From: Microcystis aeruginosa NIES-843
GTDB taxonomy: Bacteria; Cyanobacteriota; Cyanobacteriia; Cyanobacteriales; Microcystaceae
DNA length: 32,000 nucleotides
Reading direction: 5' to 3'
Assembly: GCF_000010625.1 (NCBI RefSeq)
Contig: NC_010296.1
Span: 1,110,001-1,142,000, forward strand
Shown here in pieces: positions 9,589-16,257 of this stretch. Below the pieces are notes generated by a model that was given only the letters and a program-made list of their open reading frames with translations, did not search any database and had not been told where the DNA came from. How positions within the stretch are numbered: the first letter of the stretch is position 1; the number at the start of each line of letters is the position of its first letter. The translations under genes were made by a program, and so were the position numbers.

Positions 9589-9739
9589 AGCAATTATTGA
9601 GATGTTAATTTATTGTAAGCGGAAATGATCGCCGCGTTTTCCCAATCATCATCAAAAGGGAGCGCATCGGGATCTGACAAAGCATTAGCCTCGATTTCTG
9701 CATCGCTCATCGATTTAACTCGCTCCCAATCGGTTAAAT
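9589..9739. repeat. 151-bp direct repeat, copy A (3' part of brnA)
   Basis: It is near-identical to 11696..11846, with a handful of mismatches, in the same orientation. Confidence 0.85.
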
Positions 9740-9830
9740 CTTGGCTTTCCTCTTTTGTGTTAACAATCCCCATCTTGGGGGATACTCTCTTGATACTTTC
9801 TTCGCTCACGTTCGTTTGCTCTCCTAGCAC
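9594..9830 (-). CDS. brnA: BrnA-type (DUF4415) antitoxin
   Basis: TDWERVKSMSDAEIEANALSDPDALPFDDDWENA follows the BrnA/DUF4415 pattern. It lies immediately downstream of, and overlaps, the BrnT-like gene. Confidence 0.7.
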   Translation of the reverse strand: MLGEQTNVSEESIKRVSPKMGIVNTKEESQDLTDWERVKSMSDAEIEANALSDPDALPFDDDWENAAIISAYNKLTSQ

Positions 9831-10056
9831 TAATCAATCGGCAAGTTTCCCCTCTTATAGTATAGACAACATAACAGATTATCCCGTTTAATTGTCCCAG
9901 CAAACACATCCTTATTTCTTGGTAATCTTGGCGATTATCTTCTCTGATTAGACAGTGACCATCGAAAATAGGAGGAACAGCCGCAAAATCTATCCTATGC
10001 TTCTCTATATTAGAATATCTTTTAGACTGATCCCAGTCAAATTCTCTAAATTGCAT
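9760..10056 (-). CDS. brnT: BrnT-type (DUF497) ribonuclease toxin
   Basis: FDWDQSKRYSNIEKHRIDFAAVPPIFDG...IICYVVYTIRGETCRLISARRANERERRKY follows the BrnT pattern. The likely start is MQFREFDWD at 10056, whereas the ORF track extends to 10092. Confidence 0.7.
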   Translation of the reverse strand: MQFREFDWDQSKRYSNIEKHRIDFAAVPPIFDGHCLIREDNRQDYQEIRMCLLGQLNGIICYVVYTIRGETCRLISARRANERERRKYQESIPQDGDC

Positions 10057-10120
10057 AAATATAGTCATTTCAATTAAGATTGAGAATATCAATGCCAGAG
10101 TTCATAAGGGTTTAACCGGT

Positions 10121-10348
10121 CTAGAGTGTATCAGACTTATCTGAAATGACTATATGTCGTTGATCTGAGGGTGATATAGCTGTAGCTGGTTTACCAAATG
10201 CAGATACTTCATTGTCTAAACGATAAGCATCCGGATTCTTCTTTAGAAGATGATGCACAGAGTTCCCTTAAGTTGGAAGAGCCAAAGAAGCGCTGAGGTC
10301 TTTTGGCTTGTTAACTTCCTCTGTCTCATTTTTTGAATCACTGGTCAT
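10121..10348 (-). pseudogene. Small ORF coupled to the RHH gene, interrupted by one in-frame TAA
   Basis: Its ATG at 10348 lies 2 nt after the RHH stop codon (TAG TT ATG). The translation reads MTSDSKNETEEVNKPKDLSASLALPT*GNSVHHLLKKNPDAYRLDNEVSAFGKPATAISPSDQRHIVISDKSDTL* in a single frame. I recognise no family. Confidence 0.3.
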
Positions 10349-10350
10349 AA

Positions 10351-10557
10351 CTAAACAATTAGTAGTGGTCTCTGTTCATTACCTTTTTGAAGTATTAATT
10401 GAGTATCTTCCTCCGTCTCAGTTTTAGCATATAAAGCCATGAGTTTTAATCCTTTACGAATGACTTCAGACTCTGTTAAGCCTAGCTCCTTAGCTATTTC
10501 TTTAAGATATTCAGAGTCCTTTTGACTAAGATTTACTCGAAATTGTCTGGTAGCCAT
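10351..10557 (-). CDS. Ribbon-helix-helix (CopG/antitoxin-like) DNA-binding protein
   Basis: The N-terminal beta-strand RQFRVNLSQKD is followed by two helices, SEYLKEIAKELGLTESEVIRKGLKLM, giving the typical RHH layout in a 68-aa protein. Confidence 0.6.
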   Translation of the reverse strand: MATRQFRVNLSQKDSEYLKEIAKELGLTESEVIRKGLKLMALYAKTETEEDTQLILQKGNEQRPLLIV

Positions 10558-10573
10558 TTTTTTTTGTTAATTT

Positions 10574-10598
10574 AGTGAATGGATTGTATCGATTCACT
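10574..10598. promoter_or_regulatory. Inverted repeat AGTGAAT-N11-ATTCACT just upstream of the RHH gene (candidate operator)
   Basis: It is a 7-bp perfect inverted repeat lying 17-41 nt upstream of the start codon at 10557. Confidence 0.3.
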
Positions 10599-10650
10599 GA
10601 TAACTGATCACTAAGGTCGAGAAGAGCCATTTTTACCATTGAGGGCTATA

Positions 10651-10678
10651 GTAGGGTCAATTCATGAATTGACCCTAC
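10651..10678. promoter_or_regulatory. Perfect 28-bp palindrome GTAGGGTCAATTCATGAATTGACCCTAC
   Basis: It is a perfect dyad read directly from the sequence, ~95-120 nt upstream of the RHH gene. Confidence 0.5.
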
Positions 10679-10975
10679 AGTCTGATTTAAGGGTTGTCAT
10701 CGTCCTTTCTTATAGATGTCCATAATAGTCTGCCTGGTTCTTCGGTTTGTGTTATGCAATGGACGGGAGTTATAAGGGGTGAAACCCTTATATAGAAAGA
10801 CATTGCTTCGATTTTTGCCAATTGTTTTCAATCTAGAACGAGCTAATCAATTAAGTCCCTTGCCAGATAAGGATTTAGCCGATTTCTGCCCCCTGATCGA
10901 ACCATACCAAGTAACGAAGAACCGTCTGCCTTTAGAAACCTAGCATCCTAACTACAGTACCCTATCTTACCCTAA

Positions 10976-11049
10976 TTACACCAGATATGTCAACCAACTA
11001 TTACACTGGATATGTCAAGCAATTACACCAGATATGTCAACTATGTCAA
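10976..11049 (+). repeat. Iteron-like direct repeats TTACAC(C/T)(A/G)GATATGTCAA x3 plus a partial unit
   Basis: The units lie at 10976-10993, 11001-11018 and 11023-11040, with a partial TATGTCAA at 11042-11049. The starts are spaced 25 and 22 nt apart. Confidence 0.7.
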
Positions 11050-11196
11050 ATCAACATAAACGAGTCCTGATGGTACTTAATGGGTGCAATAGGTCAAATA
11101 CCATCGACTTATCGACTTATTTGCTATTAAAAGGCTATTTTTCGCAAATTTTAACTAAAATAATCTTAGGTTTTATTCATGATTAGGTACAACAGG

Positions 11197-11288
11197 GGGT
11201 ATAATAGGGTATTTAGTAGGTGGTATTACATATACATATATGCAATGCATAGCAATGGGTGTAATGTGGGTATATTGTGGGGTTTAAT
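11197..11288 (+). repeat. Two triplets of phased GGGTRTWWT boxes flanking an AT-rich palindromic core
   Basis: Boxes start at about 11197, 11207, 11221 and at 11257, 11268, 11279, mostly 10-11 nt apart (one 14-nt gap). The core TATACATATATGCAATGCATAGCAAT contains the palindrome ATGCAATGCAT. Confidence 0.55.
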
Positions 11289-11351
11289 AGATACCACAGT
11301 GCTGAGTTCCTATGGTATGATAGTTCCATCAACTTTTAGATAGATAAAAGT

Positions 11352-11549
11352 ATGGCAGACACAACTAAACAAGTGAGTATGCTAGAATTGGAGTTAGAAG
11401 ATGATCTAATCAGACAAATTGAAGATGTAGCTGATTCTGGTTGTTTTTCAAAAGATGAATTATTACAAAGTATTTTAGAAGCATGGAGATATCATCAGTC
11501 CTATATACATAGACTTGAAAATATGGTTCAAATAATCAATATTAAGTAA
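11352..11549 (+). CDS. Small hypothetical protein (65 aa), possibly RHH-like
   Basis: VSMLELELEDDLIRQIEDVADSGCFSKDELLQSILEAW has a strand + helix + helix appearance. The gene is divergent from the RHH gene across the repeat field. Confidence 0.35.
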   Translation: MADTTKQVSMLELELEDDLIRQIEDVADSGCFSKDELLQSILEAWRYHQSYIHRLENMVQIINIK

Positions 11550-11695
11550 TTCGATTTGAGGATAACGTGGAATGATTACTATCAAATGATTACCTGCTTA
11601 TTGTTTTGAGCTAACAAAAAATTTTATCACTATTTTCTTGAACAACAGTCTATTAAACTTTCATAACAAGTAACCCTGAGACAATTATCAGTTTT

Positions 11696-11846
11696 AGCAA
11701 TTATTGAGATGTTAATTTATTGTAAGCAGAAATAATCGCCGCATTTTCCCAATCATCATCAAAAGGGAGCGCATCGGGATCTGACAAAGCATTAGCCTCG
11801 ATTTCTGCATCCCTCATCGATTTAACTCGCTCCCAATCGGTTAAAT
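11696..11846. repeat. 151-bp direct repeat, copy B
   Basis: It is near-identical to 9589..9739. Confidence 0.85.
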
Positions 11847-11904
11847 TATTAATATCTGGGGGATTATTTGTTATATTTATCCTTCCTAAAGCTGGTATTT
11901 CCAT
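11701..11904 (-). CDS. Orphan BrnA-type (DUF4415) antitoxin paralogue with no adjacent BrnT
   Basis: The C-terminal ~50 aa are almost identical to the 9594..9830 product, while the N-terminus is unrelated. No toxin ORF lies between 11905 and 12003. Confidence 0.6.
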   Translation of the reverse strand: MEIPALGRINITNNPPDINNLTDWERVKSMRDAEIEANALSDPDALPFDDDWENAAIISAYNKLTSQ

Positions 11905-11956
11905 AGGCGGTGGCCCGTGCAGAACTACAGTGATATACTAAGGATAACTTGATCAA

Positions 11957-11996
11957 TACTTTCTAGGGAGATTTTGCTATCAATTCCCAGAAAGTA
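11957..11996 (-). terminator. Hairpin after the alpha/beta hydrolase gene
   Basis: TACTTTCTAGGGA and TCCCAGAAAGTA form a ~12-bp stem (one mismatch) with a 15-nt loop, starting 8 nt after the stop codon. The U-tract is weak. Confidence 0.35.
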
Positions 11997-12003
11997 TCGA
12001 GGT

Positions 12004-12870
12004 TTAGGTTTTGCGTCCGAGAAAATTAATAATCTGGGGACTAATTTCTTTTGACCAATGTTCTTGGGGATAGTGTTTTGCTTCCGCGAGGGGGATTAAT
12101 TCCACTCCTGATTTAGTAGCTAATTTTTCGACGGTGACAGAAGATAACCAAGGATCGGCCATTCCCCAGACAAAAAGGATAGGTTTTTCAAAGTTCTCTA
12201 AACCTGTCTCAATTTCTGCCATAGTTTTCGATAGGTTTAAATTGCGAATCGTGGCCAGTAAAGCGCGACCCACTGCCGAAGTTTTTAGATAAGGTTGACG
12301 GAAAATAGCCAGATCTGCATCACTAATCACAAAACCGCTACCAGTTTCTAAAGTACGATCGACTAATAAGGGGTCTTGAGTCGCCATATCTCCGAGGAAA
12401 GGTAGCCCCCATTGTTTCATTATCCAGGGTAATTTGACATCACTGGAGAGGGGAGTATTTAAGATGATCAAACGCTCAATTTTATCGGGATTTTCTAGGG
12501 CGTATTGTAAACCGACGGAGGCTAAAAAACCTTGGACGATTAGGGAGATTTTCGGCAATTGGAGAGCTTGAATAAAATCGGCCAAGGCTTGACAAAAAGC
12601 GGCAGGTGTGTAGGCGAATTCTCTGGCATTGGGTTTAGCGGATAAACCGGAACCGATCCAATCGGGGGCAATGGCATTAATGTTATATTCTTCTAAACTG
12701 GTCAATAATTCCCGCCAAATATAGCCATGGGCGGGTAAACCATGGAGTAGGATCACGGGAGTTGTGTCCGGTTGTTGATCGGGGTTAACCTGTCGATAAA
12801 ACCACTTGAGAGAGCCGACTTCGAGAAAATTTTCTAAAATAGCCATGGTTAATGGGGGATTAATAATCAT
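12004..12870 (-). CDS. Alpha/beta-fold hydrolase
   Basis: VILLHGLPAHGYIWRELL is the oxyanion HG region. The core has alpha/beta hydrolase size and spacing, and the C-terminal KHYPQEH supplies the catalytic His region. Confidence 0.7.
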   Translation of the reverse strand: MIINPPLTMAILENFLEVGSLKWFYRQVNPDQQPDTTPVILLHGLPAHGYIWRELLTSLEEYNINAIAPDWIGSGLSAKPNAREFAYTPAAFCQALADFIQALQLPKISLIVQGFLASVGLQYALENPDKIERLIILNTPLSSDVKLPWIMKQWGLPFLGDMATQDPLLVDRTLETGSGFVISDADLAIFRQPYLKTSAVGRALLATIRNLNLSKTMAEIETGLENFEKPILFVWGMADPWLSSVTVEKLATKSGVELIPLAEAKHYPQEHWSKEISPQIINFLGRKT

Positions 12871-12927
12871 TAACCATTGTCTAACGTCTAGGAACCGATC
12901 GCACCGGCAAATTTTTCACCCCGGCAG

Positions 12928-13749
12928 TTATAGGGAGCTTGCGTCGAGACTTTGTGCTTCTCCGGGGGTTAAGGGTAAATGAAGACCGCATTCTTGTTTT
13001 AAACCCTTGAAACGGGTGTCTCGTTCGTTGCTATCATCGGCGGTTAAAGGCCGACTGGAGTGCCAATCGCCGACGGAGACATAACCTAGATCAAAATAGG
13101 GATGGTAGGGAAGATCGTATTTAGTCAGATAGTCATAGATGGTTTTGGCATTCCAGTCAAGGATCGGTAATATTTTGTAACGTTCGCCCTGTTGATTGAC
13201 CCATTGGAGAGTTTTGCGGTGGTCGGTTTGGTCGCGACGTAAACCTGCTAACCAAGCGGTGGCCTTTAATTCCTTCAGGGCCCGTTGCATCGGCTCCACC
13301 TTGCGGATTTTGTCGTAGAGATTGAGGGAGTCGAGATCGTTATTTGACCACAATTTACCGTGGATTGCTTCCATGCGGGCGGGACTGAGGGGAGATTGAT
13401 AAACTTTCAGGTTTAAATGGAGGCGTTGGCTTAAGTCTTCGGCAAATTGATAGGTTTCTGGGGGAAGATAGCCGGTATCGATCCAAATGATGGGAATATC
13501 GGGGATAATTGCGGTGACGAGGTGCAACATTACCGCCGCCTGAATGCCGAAACTGGTACTCATCACCAAACCTTCCCCGAAGGTGGCTTCCGCCCAAGCG
13601 ACGATTTCCGCGGCGTTAGCGGAGTCAAAACGTTGATTAATTGTAGCGAGGTCGAGGGATAGAGGGTAGGAAAAAGACCGGTCGGCAGTGGGGATGAAGG
13701 CAGTTTCTAGGGCCTGTGGATGAGAATTAAGCAAGTGTAAATCTGGCAT
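12928..13749 (-). CDS. cysH: Phosphoadenosine-phosphosulfate (PAPS)-type sulfate-assimilation reductase
   Basis: [10 protein letters not shown] is the PP-loop-like region, and the C-terminal catalytic motif is KQECGLH. The ECGLH Cys is the only Cys in the protein, so it lacks the Fe-S Cys pairs of APS reductases. Confidence 0.85.
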   Translation of the reverse strand: MPDLHLLNSHPQALETAFIPTADRSFSYPLSLDLATINQRFDSANAAEIVAWAEATFGEGLVMSTSFGIQAAVMLHLVTAIIPDIPIIWIDTGYLPPETYQFAEDLSQRLHLNLKVYQSPLSPARMEAIHGKLWSNNDLDSLNLYDKIRKVEPMQRALKELKATAWLAGLRRDQTDHRKTLQWVNQQGERYKILPILDWNAKTIYDYLTKYDLPYHPYFDLGYVSVGDWHSSRPLTADDSNERDTRFKGLKQECGLHLPLTPGEAQSLDASSL

Positions 13750-14166
13750 TCTGGCTAAGATTTAAGGTATTAGTAGCGGCGGATACTGATAGAGTCCAAT
13801 CTATCCATTAGGGGCTGAGAATAGAGTCAACTCCATCTCCTCCCCTTGAGAAACGTAGGTGAGACTTTCACCTCACACGTCTCCTAGTTTGACTGCTCCA
13901 TTGTTAGGGATACAGCTTGACACTGGAGAGCCGTTTTATCATCCTGACACTGGCGGTCTAGTAGTTGGGGGTTTTTGTATTCATCCTGACGACCGTATTG
14001 TTGAAAATCTATATACTGTACTTCTACTATATCTGATGGGGTGAAGTGTGGCCCACACTAGCGACACCTTCCTTTCTCAAAAATCTCTCTGGTTACACTA
14101 GACTCAAGTTGGCAGCTGAAAAAGTCTCTGGTGACATCTAATTGACCTCGATTAATGATAACTAAG

Positions 14167-14631
14167 TTAAGCAAGATTGGCAGGAATTGTCGCTAGTTTT
14201 TGCAGTTGTTTTTCAATATTGGCCTTTAATTGGGTCCGGGTGATTTCTTTTCCCGTTTGAGCGGTGTGTGCATTTTCCAGAAAAATAATACTATCTACTT
14301 TTTCTAGGGCAAATAATTGGAATAAAAGATGGGTTACGGGAATCAGGAGCGTTGATAGGGGTGAATTGGGGGTATTTTGAGCAGATATGGCCATTTTTTC
14401 CGTAGCAAAGGCATAGATTACCCTTTTCTCCTGTTGCGGCTGCCGCCGATGGGCTAAGGTGGTTAGTAACCAATCACCCTGGCTATTCTGCACCACATAG
14501 TATTGTAAATGTTTTAACTGTCTGGCCATGGCCGCAAGGACGGGATTAACCGCTTCTTCCATGACTACGGGGGCCAGTCCGTAATTGACGGCGTCTCGAC
14601 TTAAAATATGCAGTTGTGCCTTTAATTTCAT
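14167..14631 (-). CDS. Hypothetical protein (154 aa)
   Basis: It is an ORF of normal composition between clear genes. I recognise no motif. Confidence 0.45.
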   Translation of the reverse strand: MKLKAQLHILSRDAVNYGLAPVVMEEAVNPVLAAMARQLKHLQYYVVQNSQGDWLLTTLAHRRQPQQEKRVIYAFATEKMAISAQNTPNSPLSTLLIPVTHLLFQLFALEKVDSIIFLENAHTAQTGKEITRTQLKANIEKQLQKLATIPANLA

Positions 14632-14828
14632 GGCTAATCATGTCTATAAACTAATCGATATTGACCATTCCTACCAGCGATGAGCGGTTTTTCTGCCAGT
14701 ACAATTTTAGGCGTTGCTCATTTGAGATCTGAATCCTCTTTGCTGGGATTTTTAAAACCTAGACCCAAACTAACTTTGGCACGGGAACCTGCACAGTTGC
14801 CATTCATCCCTTGACTCGGCAACCCCAG

Positions 14829-15608
14829 TTAAAATTGTCGTCGTGAAAAGATGAGGATGGAGATACCCAATAATAGACCAGTATAAACGAGACTGTAGAG
14901 GGCATTAGCGATTAAGACATCAGCACTAGGCAGCAAACCATAAACGGCCTCGTTTCTAAAATTTAATCTCTCTAAATCTGGGAGAATTAGATAAATATTT
15001 TTAGTGATAGCGAGGATATTGGCATTTTTGCTGATTATACCCAATTGGATCAGATCTTTGCTGATGTGACCCATTAGATAGACCCCAAAAGTCATTAACG
15101 TGGCTAAAATCGAACTGGTAAATACCCCAAAAGCGATCGCCACGGCCGCGATGAGAATTAATTCCAAACCGAGATAGAAAACCGAGACAATCAGGGGTAA
15201 AGCTTGAAAAGATACTTTCATCCCCGACAACATCAGCAGGTAAATCACCAACATTACCCCCAACATCACCGCTAAAACCCCGGACAAACCCAAGTGTTTA
15301 CCGAGGATAAATTCGGCCCGACTCAGGGGTTTAGGAATCAAAACTAAAATAGTTCTCTTGTCAATTTCCTTATTAATTAGCCCTGTACCCACAAAAACCG
15401 CAACAATTACCCCTAATAACCCGATAGCGGCTAATCCCAAGTCAAGAAAGATTTTCTGATGGGTTCCCACCGCAATTTCTGGTAATAAACGCCAAGCGAA
15501 GGCCATCAACAAGGCAAAAAACCCGATAAAGTAAAGAATTCGATCGCGAATAACCTCGCGAAAACCATTAGCTGCGATCGCCCATATTCTCAGGATACTG
15601 ATACCCAT
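14829..15608 (-). CDS. ABC-2-type transporter permease (no adjacent ATPase)
   Basis: It has about six hydrophobic helices. FREVIRDRILYFIG and INKEIDKRTILVLIPKPLSRAEFILGKHLG match the ABC-2/NosY-like permease pattern (..E.e.gTle.ll..P.sR.e.llGK..). Confidence 0.55.
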   Translation of the reverse strand: MGISILRIWAIAANGFREVIRDRILYFIGFFALLMAFAWRLLPEIAVGTHQKIFLDLGLAAIGLLGVIVAVFVGTGLINKEIDKRTILVLIPKPLSRAEFILGKHLGLSGVLAVMLGVMLVIYLLMLSGMKVSFQALPLIVSVFYLGLELILIAAVAIAFGVFTSSILATLMTFGVYLMGHISKDLIQLGIISKNANILAITKNIYLILPDLERLNFRNEAVYGLLPSADVLIANALYSLVYTGLLLGISILIFSRRQF

Positions 15609-15705
15609 AGCCTTTCATCAAAATAATATCTGTCTTTCCTAGATTAAGAGATTGTTTTATCCCCTCATTATGCCCAATTAGGGTTTGCGGCAAAAAGTTT
15701 TTCCT

Positions 15706-15733
15706 GGGGGCAGGGTGTGGGGTGTGGGGTTTT
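15706..15733 (+). repeat. GGGTGTG heptamer repeat block, G-quadruplex-capable
   Basis: GGGGGCA GGGTGTG GGGTGTG GGGTTTT carries the same unit as 5851..5881. Confidence 0.75.
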
Positions 15734-15988
15734 ACCAGTTTTGAGGTGGCCAATTACCTAATTTTCAGGGAAAAAGTGCCTAAATTTCCCCCCGATCACT
15801 CCCAGATCCAGTACTTTTTGATTGACAAAAGGTCTAAAAGTCTTACCCAACAAGGTTTTTAGATTTATTCAGCAAGCCCCAATTATTAACGTCCCTATTT
15901 GATCGAGAATACACCAATCTATTACTTTTTTGCTGGCCCTGTGTAGGTAATTTTCTCCTCGACAGTTTCGTTTATGGCTTAGGAATAT

Positions 15989-16025
15989 CAATTTTTGAGG
16001 TTTGAGGTTTTGGGTATGATTAGGT
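15989..16025. repeat. Short GAGGTTT-rich repeat element, intergenic copy
   Basis: CAATTTTTGAGGTTTGAGGTTTTGGGTATGATTAGGT shares both ends with 28905..28969, which lies inside the PKS gene. Confidence 0.75.
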
Positions 16026-16221
16026 GTTGACAATCTCACCGTTAAGCCTACGGCTATAATGGGAGATTGCTGCTTCTACTCCTCTTAACTAGACACAATC
16101 GGAAAATTATGCCCCCGTCAGACCGAATCCACAAGCATTTTAACTTAACGTCCATCGACTGCCAGGCGGCGGACGGAGCTAAATAAGGATCGGGAGGTCA
16201 GTCCCCGTCATACCTAACGAT

Positions 16222-16246
16222 AAAGGGCGCAAACCTTACGCCCTTT
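16222..16246 (-). terminator. REP-like GC hairpin after the UnbV-like gene
   Basis: AAAGGGCG-N9-CGCCCTTT begins 12 nt after the stop codon. The related hairpin GGGCGTAAGGCTTACGCCC lies at 31765..31783. Confidence 0.5.
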
Positions 16247-16257
16247 ACAGAATGATT

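Noticed and set aside
10860-10930. GGTTCGATC-like string (minus strand, ~10896-10904) as a possible tRNA fragment or att site.
   Set aside because: The flanking bases do not form a T-stem or acceptor stem, and I could not fold a tRNA cloverleaf anywhere in the window.
10976-11049. Possibility that the 18-bp direct repeats form a CRISPR array.
   Set aside because: There are only three full units, the gaps between units are 4-7 nt rather than 30-40 nt spacers, and there are no cas genes. The repeats are iteron- or operator-like instead.
13859-14044. 61-aa ORF in the cysH upstream intergenic region, together with the repeated TGACACTGG and TCATCCTGAC motifs there.
   Set aside because: The ORF is short and uses a non-ATG (GTG) start. 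I could not match the region to any riboswitch or leader I know. The repeats are too short to interpret.
14829-15608. The 259-aa polytopic membrane protein as the missing UnbU of the enediyne cassette.
   Set aside because: Its motifs (FREVIRDRILYFIG; KEIDKRTILVLIPKPLSRAEFILGK) are those of ABC-2/NosY-type permeases, and it is separated from the cluster by 650 bp of repeat-rich intergenic DNA.
15568-15753. 61-aa ORF upstream of and overlapping the permease start.
   Set aside because: It is the translation of the C-rich complement of the heptamer repeat (HTPHPAP) and overlaps the permease start, so it is spurious.
16027-16060. TTGACA...TATAAT read as a consensus sigma70 promoter.
   Set aside because: The spacer is 22 nt rather than 17 +/- 1, so only the -10 element is credible. 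It is kept only as part of the low-confidence sRNA hypothesis.
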